Of a stretch of 51,395 nt of DNA, positions 9,456 to 22,190 are shown in pieces. The DNA comes from Octopus sinensis. Taxonomy: Eukaryota. The translations under genes and the position numbers were made by a program. Position 1 is the stretch's first letter. Each line of letters opens with the position of its first letter. The DNA lies in the NCBI RefSeq assembly GCF_006345805.1, contig NW_021836834.1:1-51395 (forward strand), in the 5' to 3' direction. The notes beneath the pieces are model-generated. The model was not told where the DNA came from and made no database searches. It saw nothing but the letters and a program-made list of their open reading frames with translations.

Positions 9456-12400
9456 AGCGGATAAGGACAGCATAGGGTGTCCACAATTCCACCTAGTCGA
9501 CTACACGGACCACAAATTCGTGATCTGTACGGTCGACTTAGATAGGCTACATAGACAAGGACCTGGCTACTGGAAACTGAACGCGTCGTTAACGGCGTGC
9601 AAAGCTTACAGAGACCGGATTAGTTTACTAGTTAAGCGGGTGCTCATGAGGGCAATCATCAACAACAACTGGTGGTTTGCACTCAAGAGAGCAATTAGAG
9701 TAGAGTCGATTAGGTTTAGAAAGGCTCTAGCGATTGAACGTAGGAAGAGAGAGCGGGATTTAGTTAAGAAACTAGACGAGGCTCTTGAGACTGGCATCGC
9801 GACTGACGTGTTGGTGGCAAGGTTGGCCCTCGACCAACACTTTGACACCAAACATGAAGGCTGCGTTGTCAGAGCTAAGGCACGTTCGCTAAGCAGGGAG
9901 GGGACTAGAGCCGCTCGATGGGCCCGCGTAGCGGAGGTGAAGCGAGGCAACAAAGCAACCATTCGGTCTTTGGTGGACCAGAATGGGCGCGAGGTTACCG
10001 AACCGAAGCAGATGTGTGCAGTGTTTCAGCGCGCTTTGCTCAACCGTTTGGGACGAGCGGTGGAACGGACAACGGTACAGACTTTGGTGTGTACTGGACG
10101 GCCTACCGCAACTCTCGGACAGCGAGGCAGAGTGCTGCGAAAGACCGATATCTGCCTGGGAAGTGGAGGAAGCAATGAAGAGTTGCACGAGAGGTAGATC
10201 GCCGGGTTTAGATGGTCTGCCCTACAAGCTTTACACTTCAATGCCAGACTTGTTTGCGGGCCTGTTGGCAAATGTCTACTACAAGTGGCAGCAAAACGGG
10301 AGAATTCCTGCTTTTGTCTGTCGAGGGGTGGTGGCTTTGCTGAGAAAGGACCCAAACAAGGGGTACGTTATAGGGAATTTTCAGCCCATCACTCTGCTCA
10401 ATGCAGAGTTGAAGATTTTGGCCAAGGTGCTAGCCAAGAGATTGGCGCTTGTGGACAAGCTGGTTGGCAAGACGCAGACATGCGCCGTGCCGACCAGGTC
10501 GATACACGACAACCTCCATCTCATGCGCTACATCATAGAGAGGATGGGTAACGACGCTGGCGCGGGTGGGGCTTTAATCAATTTAGATCAGAGTAAAACC
10601 TTCGATAGGGTCGACCAATCGGTACCTGGCAGCTGTTCTCAAGGCAGCCGGCTTCAGTCCAGGCTTCTGCGGGTGGATCGCTGCTTTATACAGCAACATC
10701 TGCTCGGTGATACGGGTGAACGGTCACCTTTCGTAACCGTTTGACATCTCGCATTTGGTCCGCCAAGGATGCCCTCTCTCTTCTTTCTTGTACATATTGA
10801 CTCTCGAGCCATTACTGCGCAAGTTGGAGTCTTTGAGGGGTATCCTGCGCGATCTAGGAGATGAAAACAGCGTGTCTGCCTATGCCGACGACGTCACCGT
10901 GATGGTGTCGGGCCACAGGCATATTGACCTGATTGGCAAGACGCTAAACGAGTACGGAGCAAAGCTTAACACGGAATAGTCTGTGGGCTTGCAACTAGGC
11001 ACCTGGAGAGGCAAGCCCATGCCGTCTAACAGCGTTGTTGGGCGCTGGACAGCCGGACCCGTTAAACTGCTCGGGGTCTGGTTTGGTCCGGACATCCAGG
11101 TGGATAAAAACTGGGAAGAAGTGACGAGCAGGGTGGCACGTCTCACCCAGAAATGGGCCGAGAGTAAGCTGTCTCTGAAAGGTCAAGCAGAGGTGGCAAA
11201 TGCGTACATCGCATCCGTCATCTATTACCGCTTGACCATCGTCCCTTGTCCCGACCGCTGGTTGACCAAGCTGGTACGCCTGCTCTTCGACTTTTTGTGG
11301 AAGGGTCAGGTGCCACTGGTCAGGCAATCCATCTGCTGTCAATGACCGCTGAACGGAGGCCTTGGCATGTCGTGGTTACTGATGCACAAACATGCGCTCA
11401 GGCTGCGACATCTCAAGCATTTCCTAGACGGTGAACAGGTGTGGTCGTCTTTTGTCAGACGCGACTTTCCGCAGCTCATCTCTTTGACAGAGCTGCAGAC
11501 CTGGATCAAACGTAAACCGAGAAAGGGTGCTTGGCACCTCGAGTGCCGTCAAGCTCTTTCCGCCCTCCGCCAGGCAGGCAAAGCGATCGGTTTTAGTTCC
11601 ACTCTAGCGTTCTATAGAGGGTTAGTGGAGGAAAAATGCGACGACGTTCTCGGGGAAACTCTAGGCGTTGATGATAACGAACTGAGCGGTCTGTTTGGAA
11701 GGACTTTCGGACCGGGGCCAATGGATAATTTCCAGAGGTCGCTCGCCTGGCAGTGCTACCGAGGGGCTCTGCCTGTTCAGGATAAACTCTACCGGCACGG
11801 AAGTGCCGTCAGCCGGGCCTGCCCGAGGTGTTGCCAGGACGACGAAACCGTTCTGCACGCACTCGTCCAGTGCCCGAGCATTGCTGAACTATGGGTTTAT
11901 GTCGAACAACTACTGTCGCGTATAGGACGGATCCGGCTATCAGCTGAATCCATAGTGAAGATTGCCCCGCCGACCTCCTTTAACAAGGAGGGCAAGGCCA
12001 TTTTCCTGTGCCTAGTGGCTATGGTGAAAGAGGTTGTATGGTGGACCCGTTTGAAAGGGCTAAAGTCAGACACTTTCTTCTTTGGTCAGGCCTCATCAAC
12101 TTTTTCAGGTTAGAGAGGAGAGTGCTGTCTGATAGCAAGTTTTCTGAAAGGTGGGTGAATTGTGCAAGAATGGCCAGTATAAATGGACCAATTCTCAGGT
12201 TTCGCCTGTAATTGAAAAAGGTGTTATAAAAGGAGAAAGGGGCTCTCTACCCCCCTTTTTGACCAGGCTCCCGTTGGCTTTTATGGGTTTTTCCACCAGG
12301 AACCTTTCGTAACGCCTCCCCCTTTTGGGAGTTTTTCGTTGTTATATTATTTGATTGTTACACTGTTTTTACATGATTTTTTCACAAACGGACAAAACCC

Positions 12401-12477
12401 TTTGTAACCTTTCGTCCTGTTTTGTCCCTTTATGTTTTCTAATCATGTGTGTCAGCCCTTGTGGCCAATAAAAAGAA
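9456..12477 (+). mobile_element. Tx1/L1-clade LINE ORF2 pseudogene (APE C-terminus, RT, CCHC) plus 3' UTR
   Basis: YTDH..GPGYWKLN; SPGLDGLP; FQPITLLNAELK; DQSKTFDRV; VRQGCPLS; YADD (~10882); CPRCCQDDETVLHALVQC; stop at ~12211; aataaaaagaa end then (TTA)n; several frameshifts and stops. Confidence 0.95.
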
Positions 12478-12529
12478 TTTATTATTATTATTATTATTAT
12501 TAATATTATTATTATTAATATTATTATTA

Positions 12530-12758
12530 TGGGGTAGTGAACTTACAGAATCGTTACCACACCACACCACACCACACAAAATGCTCAGCGGCATTTCATC
12601 ACCCATATGTTCTGAGTTCATATGGTCCCGAGGCTAACTTTGCTTTTGGTCCTTTACGGGGTAATGAAATAAGTACCAGTTGAGCACTGGATTTGATGTA
12701 AATGACTAGCTCCCTCACTTGAAATTTCTGGCCTTGTGCTAAAAACTTGAAATCATTA
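12530..12758 (+). mobile_element. SINE family C
   Basis: tRNA-like head, ctgagttca B-box-like site, aaataagtaccagttgagcactgg core, tttctggccttgtgc tail. Confidence 0.75.
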
Positions 12759-12759
12759 T

Positions 12760-12958
<199 letters not shown>

Positions 12959-15900
12959 AAGATAGTTGTGTGCAAAAGTGCTACACCCTAGCAGTTGAGG
13001 GAACCTGTGGAAGAGGTAGACCCAGGAAAACCTGGGACGGGGTGGTGAAGCACGACCTTCGAACTTTAGGTCTCACCAAGGAAATGACTGAAGACCGAGT
13101 CCTATGGAAGTGTGCTGTGCATGAGAGGACCCGGCAGGACTAGTCAGGCCATATCCTGTGGCCCCTACCTGGGACGTAGTCGATCCACCTGTGCATACCT
13201 TCCTTCTTGTGACACTTGTGAAGACCTGCTGAGGCAGTGAAAATCAATCAAAATAGATGAACATCAATGGAATTTGTATCTTTGTGGTACCATGCCAGTG
13301 CCTGTGCACACAGAAAACCATCCGAATGTGGCCGTAGCCAGTACCGCATCGACTGGCCTCCGTGCTGTGGGAACATGGTGGCACATAAAAACACCATCCG
13401 AAGACCCGGCAAGACTAGTCAGGTCATAACCCGTGGGCCCTACCTGGGACGTAGTCAGTCCACCTGTACATACCTTCTTTCTTGTGACACTTGTGAAGAC
13501 CTGTTGAGGCAAGTGAAAAACAATCAAAACAAATCAAAATAGATGAACATCAATGGATTTGTATCTTTGTGGTACCAGTGCCGGTGGCCACAAGAATCCA
13601 TCCGAACGTGGCCGTATCAGTACCACGCTTGTTGGTACCAGTGCCGGTGGCACACAAGAATCCATCCGAACGTGGCCGTAGTCAGTACGCGCATCACTGG
13701 CCATCGTGCTGTGGGCACATAACAAACACCATCCGGTCGTGGCCGTTCGCCAGCCTCATCTAGCACCTGTGTCGGTGGCACATAAAAACACCATCCGAAG
13801 ACCCGGCAGACTAGTCAGGCCATAACCCATGGCCCCTACCTGGGACGTAGTCAGTCCACCTGTGCACACTTCCTCCTTGTGATACTTGTGAAGGCCTGTT
13901 GAGGCAAGTGAAAATCAAAATCAAATCAAAACAAATCAGAATAGATGAACATCAATGGAATTTGTCCTTTGTGGTACCAGTGCCGGTGGCATACAAGAGA
14001 AAACCATCCGAAAGTGGCCGTAGCAGTACCGCATCGACTGGCCTCCGTGCTGTGGGCACATGACAAACACCATCCGATCGTGGCCGTTCGCCAGCCTCAT
14101 CTAGCACCTGTGTCGGTGGCACATAAAAACACCATCCGAAGACCCGGCAAAAGACTAGTCAGGCCATAACCCATGGCCCCTACCTGGGACGTAGTCAGTC
14201 CACCTGTGCATACCTTCCTTCTTGTGACACTTGTGAGGACCTGTTGAGGCAAGTGAAAATCAAATCAAAACAAATCAAAATAGAGAACATCAATGGAATC
14301 TGTATCTTTGTGATACCAGTGCCGGTGGCACACACTTTGTGGTACCAGTGCCGGTGGCACACAAGAGAACCGTCCGAACGTGGCCGTAGCCAGTTCCGCA
14401 TCGACCGGCCTCCGTGCTGTGGGCACGTACAAACACCATCCGATCATGGCCGTTCGCCAGCCTCATCTGGCACCTGTGTCGGTGGCACATAAAAAACACC
14501 TTCCGAAGACCCGGCAAGACTAGTCAGGTCCACCTGTGCATACTTCCTTCTTGTGACGCTTGTGAAGACCTGTTGAGGCAAGTGAAAATCAAATCAAATC
14601 AAAAATATGAACATCAATGGAATTTGTATCTTTGTGGTACCAGTGCCTTGGCACACCGAAATCCAATCCATCCGAACGTGGGTGGCCGTAGTCAGTACCA
14701 CATCGACTGGCCATCGTGCTGTGGGCACATAACAAACACCATCCGATCGTGGCCGTTCGCCAGCCTCATCTAGCACCTTGTCCGGTGGCACATAAAAACA
14801 CCATCCGAAGACGACCCGGCAAGACTAGTCAGGCCATATCCCATGGCCCCTACCTGGGACTAGTCAGTCCACCTGTGCATACTTCCTTCTTGTGACGCTT
14901 GTGAAGACCTGTTGAGGCAAGTGAAAATCAAATCAAATCAAAATAGATGAACATCAATGGAATTTGTATCTTTGTGGTACCAGTGCCTGTGGCACACAAG
15001 AAATCCATCCGAACGTGGCCGTAGTCAGTACCACATCGACTGGCCATCGTGCTGTGGGCACATAACAAACACCATCCGATCGTGGCCGTTCGCCAGCCTC
15101 ATCTAGCACCTGTGTCGGTGGCACATAAAAACACCATCCGAAGACCCGGCAAGACTAGTCAGGCCATATCCCATGGCCCCTACCTGGGACGTAGTCAGTC
15201 CACCTGTGCATACCTCCTCCTTGTGATACTTGTGAAGGCCTGTTGAGGCAAGTGAAAATCAAAATGAAATCAAAACAAATCAAATCAAATCAAATCAAAA
15301 CAAATCAAAATAGATGAACATTAATGGAATTGTATCTTTGTGGTACCAGTGCCGGTGGCATACAAGAAAACCATCCGAACGTGGCCGTAGCCAGTACCGC
15401 ACGACTGGCCTCCGTGCTGTGGGCACGTAACAAACACCATCCGATCGTGGCCGTTCGCCAGCCTCATCTGGCACCTGTGTCGGTGGCACATAAAACACAC
15501 CATCCGAAGACTCGGCAAGACTAGTCAGGCCATAACCTGTGGCCCCTACCTGGGACGTAGTCAGTCCACCTGTGGCATACCTTCCTTCTTGTGACACTTG
15601 TGAAGACCTGTTGAGGCAAGTGAAAATCAAAACAAATCAAAATAGATGAACATCAATGGAATTTGTATCTTTGTGGTACCAGTGCCGGTGGCACGTGGCA
15701 CACAAGAAAACCATCCGAACGTGGCCGTTGCCAGTACCGCATCGACTGGCCTCCGTGCTGTGGGCACGTAACAAACACCATCCGATCGTGGCCGTTGCCA
15801 GCCTCATCTGGCACCTGTGTCGGTGGCACATAAAAACACCATCCGAGCGTGGCCGTCTGCCAGCCTCGTCTGGCACCTGTGTCGGTGGCACATAAAAAAC

Positions 15901-16138
15901 ACCATCCGAGCGTGGCCGTTTGCCAGCCTCGTCTGGCACCTGTGTCGGTGGCACATAAAATCACCCACTACACTCTCGGAGTGGTTGGTGTTAGGAAGGG
16001 CACAGCCAGTAGAAAACACTGCCAGATCTGACTGGACTGGTGCAGCTTTCGGGCTCCCCAGACCCCAGTTGAACCGTCCAACCCATGCTAGCATGGAAAG
16101 CGGACGTTAAATGATGATGATGATGATGATGATGATGA
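12959..16138 (+). mobile_element. 5'-truncated RTE LINE with tandemly expanded 3' UTR
   Basis: 12961-13143 encodes DSCVQKCYTLAVEGTCGRGRPRKTWDGVVKHDLRTLGLTKEMTEDRVLWKCAVHERTRQD*; standard tail at 15960-16110 and (ATG)n to 16138. Confidence 0.9.
13128..15960 (+). repeat. Tandem array of 8 units (275-400 bp) inside the RTE 3' UTR
   Basis: Unit starts gac(c/t)cggc at ~13128, 13403, 13800, 14141, 14508, 14813, 15143, 15509; three ~60 bp subrepeats at 15780-15960. Confidence 0.95.
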
Positions 16139-16329
16139 ATACTTTTATATCAGAGCTACATAAGTTTACCTCCACTCTTTTTTCCGTTTTTTATAAATTT
16201 CTCCAATGGAATTTTTCAGTTTTGTTCTAACATTCTGATAACATTATCAAGACCTAGGAAAAAGAGCATTTAAAAACTGTCAGTGTTTTCTCAAATTAGA
16301 GAATAATTAGCCAATTTTCTCATCCTCTT

Positions 16330-16790
16330 ATTGTCTGCTATTAACAGACCAGCATAGTCAGAGAGCAACCGTATTGGGTCATCTAATCACATCTAAATGG
16401 AGTATTTGCTGAGTGCTAAATTGTGTTGTGTGTCCACAGTTTCAACTTGTTGACTACTCAGGCCAAAAATTTGTGACCTGCATAGCTGACCTAAATAGAG
16501 CGCATAGATAGAGACCTAGATACTGGAAGCCAAACATGGACAGCATTAGTGAATTTCTTTTTATATTTGTTCATTGCTGCAATCATCAACAATTAGTTGT
16601 GAGTGCTCTGAAGTGAGCAATTAGTGCACAGATTATAATGTTTAACAAAGAAGTAACAGTAGAGAAAAATAGATTAGAGAGGGAGTAAATAAATAAATTA
16701 GAAGAGACAATTAGAAAATGCATCATAACTGAAAAAAAGATTTCATTATCAGAGCTAAAGCAAGAGCATTAAGACATGAAAGGGTTTGAT
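16330..16790 (+). mobile_element. Old degraded copy of the Tx1-like LINE (APE C-terminus and linker)
   Basis: From 16431: CPQFQLVDYSGQKFVTCIADLNRAHR*RPRYWKPN aligns to CPQFHLVDYTDHKFVICTVDLDRLHRQGPGYWKLN at 9478. Confidence 0.8.
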
Positions 16791-17596
16791 AGGCCCATGT
16801 AGTTTTTGTATGATATGGCAATGAAAACATAACTCAGTTGTTGATGAACCATCCTGGTTCATCAAATGGATCTGGGTGAAATTATCTACCTGTTTGCAAC
16901 CTTGTTCTAGTTTCAGTCAGCTTAAAATTCCAGACTGAACCAAACTTCATTGGTAAGTCTGTTCATCACCCCTCTGGTGGTATGGATTTGTTTTGCAAGC
17001 CCACTAACTTATTTAGTTGCATTTTGCTCAACCATTTGGAGAGTACAGTGAACCAGAGACAACAGTGGGTTTTTGTTCTCACCTTGACAACTTTCTACAA
17101 GCCCTCAGCAGAAGGTGATGAGGACTATGAAAAGTCAATAACAGTATTGGGATATGGTTGGTGGTAATTGCTTGGTTGGGCAGTTTGCTCTGTAAGCTTT
17201 AAGTAGATATGTCAATGTGTCAGTTGCATTTGGTAGAAAAATGAGGGAATGTCCACTCTTGCAACTGATCTAACAGCTTGTTATCTCTCTTTCATCCTTC
17301 TGTTTATTATATCATCATTTCCATTCTGCTGCTCCACACTATCAATATCCCCATACTCCCTAACTCCAGGTACCTCTGCCCCACTCATCCCAGTCCACTT
17401 CATAGCTTGAAGGTCCATTCTGACAACTCATCGTTATTTTACCTCTCTTTCCATTTCCACCTGATTACCCCAAACCTCACTTCTAAAAATGTGAGTAGTC
17501 ATGTAGCTCCTCTACAGAATGGAACCTGTCCTGCTCTTTCCTTTTTTTTTCTCATATTTTATGACTGTCTACTCCTTATTCTCTTAACATACAGCT

Positions 17597-17805
17597 GCAT
17601 GGCAACCTCACTGGTGCTGGCAGCATGAACAAAAGACACCTAGTACACTCTGAAGAGTGGTTGGTGTTAGGAAGGGCATCCAGCTTTAGGAAACATGCCA
17701 AGCAGACACTGGAATATGATGCATTCCATGGGCCATTGGATACTGTTAAACCGTTGAACCCATATCAATATGGAACATAGTTGTTGCATGATGATGATGA
17801 TGATA
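17597..17805 (+). mobile_element. Degraded RTE-type 3' tail with (ATG)n
   Basis: gagtggttggtgttaggaagggcatccagc core. Confidence 0.75.
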
Positions 17806-18100
17806 TACATGTTACCTTAAACACTGCATTTCTAAAACAGAATCATGAGTAGAATATTGACGCAACGAATCCTAGCAGGAATTGAACCATGCATCTCTTG
17901 CTCAACAAGATAAAAAACACAAAATCACTTTTACCACACTGAGCCTGCATTCTTCTATCACCCCCATCCATACATATATACATCTCTGTCTGTCTGTCCG
18001 TTTGTCTGCCTGTCTGTCTGTTTGTCTGTCATCTGTCCATCCGTCTGTCTATCTATCTGTGCATGTATGCATATGTGTATAAATATGTATATACACACAT

Positions 18101-18660
<560 letters not shown>

Positions 18661-19576
18661 AGAAAAATACATACATACATATATGCATACATATACATGT
18701 GTGCGTGTACATACAAGTATGAGTGTATATGTATGGTTAATTCAATGTTTGTGCAATAGAAGCAAGCAACAACAAAAGAAGAAAAAGAAAAAAAAACACC
18801 CCATTCTAATTTTCATTTTGTTTTATTTATATTTATTTATCTATTATCTACATTTATTTATTTATTATTTATATTTATTTATTTGTTTGCTTGTGTATTT
18901 ATTTGTTTATTTATTTATTACTTGATTGCTTATTTCTACTATGACAAGCAAGAGATTTGAGCACACTGGTTGTTTGTACACAACTAGTGAGATAACATCA
19001 CAATACTGGACCAGCTGGATACACATCACTAGCTCAGAACAAAAGTGTCTGTTGGAAAGGAAAGCTTAAAGAAATAGACTTATCACATGAAGAGCTATCA
19101 GCTCTTGGTTTACAATAGGTTTTATAGTAAGTCATTCATGGAATCTTTGGCTCTGTTATCTTCTATGTTTTGTATATCTGATAAAGTAACTCAAACAACT
19201 GAATTCCCAAATATCTGTTGGTGTTTGCTTGACCTTTATTTCTTTTGATTTTCTTTTGTTTTTCTGAGGTTTTTTCCCCCTATTGTAATCAGTACAAGCT
19301 ATCTGTGGGTAATTAGTCAAACTGGAAAAAAAAAATGGTATCAAGAAGAATGGAAATTGTGAGGGTCATGAATTCACTGTGGATGATTATGTGGTAAACA
19401 AATTTCCTTCCCAAATATGCGGTTTTGGGTTCAGTCCTATTGTGTGTCTCTTTGGGTATCTTCTACTCTAGTCCCAGGCCAACCAATGACTTGTGAATGG
19501 ATTTGGTAGATAGAAACTGTAAGAAGACCACGAGGTGGGAGTGCTAAGCAGTGATGTGTATAAATGAAATGTTATT

Positions 19577-19965
19577 ACATCATCATCATCATCACTGTCA
19601 TCATCGTCATCATCATTGTTTAATGTCCAGTTTCCATACTGGCATGGATTGGACGGTTTGACTGAGGACTGGTAAGCCAGGAGGCTGTACCAGGCTGCAA
19701 TCTGATCTGGCAATGTTTTTACAGCTGGTTGCCCTTCCTAATGCCAACCACTCCGAGAGTGTAGTGGATGCTTTTTATATGCCACTGGCATGAGGGGCAC
19801 TCAGGTGGTACTGGCATCAACCACATTTGAACAGTGCTTTTTATGTGCCAGTCAGGCAGCACTGGCAACGACCATGCTTGAATGGTACATTTTACATGCC
19901 ACCAGCATGGGAGCCAGTCAGGTGGTACTGGCAATGACCATGCTCAAATGGTGCTTCAAATATGC
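19577..19965 (-). mobile_element. RTE-type 3' UTR and tail with ~55-60 bp subrepeats
   Basis: Reverse complement of the tail core plus repeated gccagtaccacctgactggc modules. Confidence 0.8.
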
Positions 19966-19972
19966 CAATGGC

Positions 19973-20184
19973 ATATTTGAACTTGTAAACAAGCCATTCA
20001 CTGTATTTTGTCAAGGAGAAAATTTCTCACTGTAGACAAATGGCGTAAATATACAGAGAGATTGCCTCTCTTATCAACTTGTAGTGCCATTGTCCAATTT
20101 CTATGATTGAAGAGGATAGGTGGCACTACAAACTGATTTAGGTGTATTTGCACCATTTTTCTACTTGTTTACAAGTTCAAATTT
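19973..20184. mobile_element. Foldback/MITE-like element
   Basis: atttgaacttgtaaacaag ... cttgtttacaagttcaaat terminal IR; inner IR atcaacttgtagtgcca / tggcactacaaactgat. Confidence 0.7.
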
Positions 20185-20192
20185 ATACCAAG

Positions 20193-20678
20193 ACATTGTT
20201 TTGTCTTGATATAAAAGATGGTCTATAGCAAATATTCTGCTCAATGCCACAGATTTGCTTGTCAGTTGCTTGACGATAATCAATTGAACATGTCCCTTAA
20301 TGGCTGATATGTGCATCTCTGATCATGAACAGAAGTAGTAGGGGAGTATCGTAGCTATGTGTTGAGAAGAACTCTTTGGGATTTGAATAATTCACCTTGG
20401 GAAACATGGGTGTTTCATTCATTATCCTTAAACAAGCCTTATTCAGGGATCTTTTGAGTGGGATGGGCTACTCAACCCGAAGAAAATTCTAATTGGGCCC
20501 CCAACTGAAAGGTCATGTGCTGTTTATTTTGATATGAGATCACCGATATGAGATGCACATATGGTTGTGATGCATGTGTCTGGTATACCCTTGTCAAATG
20601 AGTAGTCACGGTGGGTATACTGGGCTTCACATATTTGTACCCCAGTGTCACTTTGATGTATGTACTGTTGTCTCACTC
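20193..20678 (+). mobile_element. Unclassified ~555 bp element, older 5'-truncated copy
   Basis: Homologous to 8554-9108; ends gtctcactc followed by decayed TAA. Confidence 0.85.
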
Positions 20679-20689
20679 AATATTAAGAA

Positions 20690-20820
20690 TAATAGTAATG
20701 GTTTCACATTTTGGTACAAGGTCAGTAATTTTGCTGGAGATGGTAAGTCGATTATATCGACTCCCAGTGCTTGACTGGTTCCTATCTTATCGAAGGATGA
20801 AAGGATGAAAGGCAAACAAA
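20690..20820 (-). mobile_element. SINE family C 3' half
   Basis: Reverse complement of ttgcctttcatcc...accagtcaagcactgggagtcgat...gaccttgtacc. Confidence 0.6.
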
Positions 20821-21129
20821 GAAACAAACAAATAAATAAATAAATAAATGAAGTAAAACAAATTAAAAAAATAAAAATAAAAACTGAGAAAAAAAATATA
20901 TCAGACAGAATTAAATTAATGAATTAATTCCACGCTCTGAGAAGGAAGTATAACATTCCACAAAAATTGTCTCTTCTGGGTGTGTATAATTGTTACTATA
21001 TTTTTTTGTTTTTTTTGTTTTTGCTTTTTTTGTTCTTATTTCAAGGAAGCCTTTAGTATTTTCTGAGGTCAAACAGACTGTTAAGTGTAGATATAAACAG
21101 TGTGTAAACAATAATGTAATGGCAATATA

Positions 21130-21175
21130 CATGCATATATACATACATACATATGTGTGTGTGTTTGTGTGTATG

Positions 21176-21207
<32 letters not shown>

Positions 21208-21546
21208 CCTACACACACACACGTATACATACATATATACATACACACACATGCATATGTACATACACATATATACAAGTATGCATATATATACATACAT
21301 ATATACATGTATATACATATATATACATACATATATATCCATATATATTTGCACACACACACATGTAATTATATGGATGCATGCACACACATACCCATAG
21401 CGTATGTATATATATTTATCTATGTACATATATTGTGTATGTATACTATTTATATATATATATATTTGTGTGTGCATACATACCTACATACATACATGCA
21501 TACATGCATACATGCGTCATACATACATACCTACATACATACATAC

Positions 21547-21611
<65 letters not shown>

Positions 21612-21660
21612 ATATATATAGTATATATATATACATCCACCAACATACACATACATTATC
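21130..21660. repeat. (TA)n/(TACA)n low-complexity array
   Basis: Directly visible. Confidence 0.95.
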
Positions 21661-21833
21661 TAGTAAACGATCTGATAAGTTAGATGGAGAATATATTGCA
21701 GGAAGCAGCATTAAGTGTAGTTATAGGAGAAACTGCACTCAGTGCTTTAGTGTGATGGGGTGGGTGGGTGGGTGGGAGAACGGTGGGGGAGAAAGTGAAG
21801 TGGTATGTTGAGGTATTACAGAGTTTGTCAGTG

Positions 21834-21867
<34 letters not shown>

Positions 21868-22190
21868 CATTGTCGTGGTTACTGCTGTTATTGTCTTTGT
21901 AGTTGCTGTTGCTTTTGTTGTTGTTGTTGTTGTCATCATTGGTGGTGGTGGCGGCGATGGTGTTTGTTGTCTCTTTCGGAATGGAAGGGAAATATCTAAG
22001 AGTAAGAATCAGGGACTATAAACAGGAGACTGTACTAAATCCAGAATTCTAGTATCAGTGATTGACAGGTTATATATATACATGTGTGTGTGTATCGTTT
22101 ATCTTTTACTTGTTTCAGTCATTAGACTGTGGTCATGCTGGGGCATTGCCTTGAAGGGTTTTTAATTGAACACATTATATATATATATAT

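Noticed and set aside
13128-15960. CRISPR-like look of repeats with short palindromes
   Set aside because: Intervening sequences are themselves repeated (no unique spacers), there are no cas genes, the context is eukaryotic, and the array is explained as an RTE UTR
13264-16110. Overlapping ORFs on both strands within the array
   Set aside because: Short, frame-inconsistent between units, and a by-product of GC-richer repeats
16840-17560. Possible very old LINE RT on the minus strand (PSNY-like and QG-like remnants)
   Set aside because: Too degraded to assign with confidence
21757-21776. (GGGT)n G-quadruplex motif
   Set aside because: A real motif, but an ordinary simple repeat with no functional context
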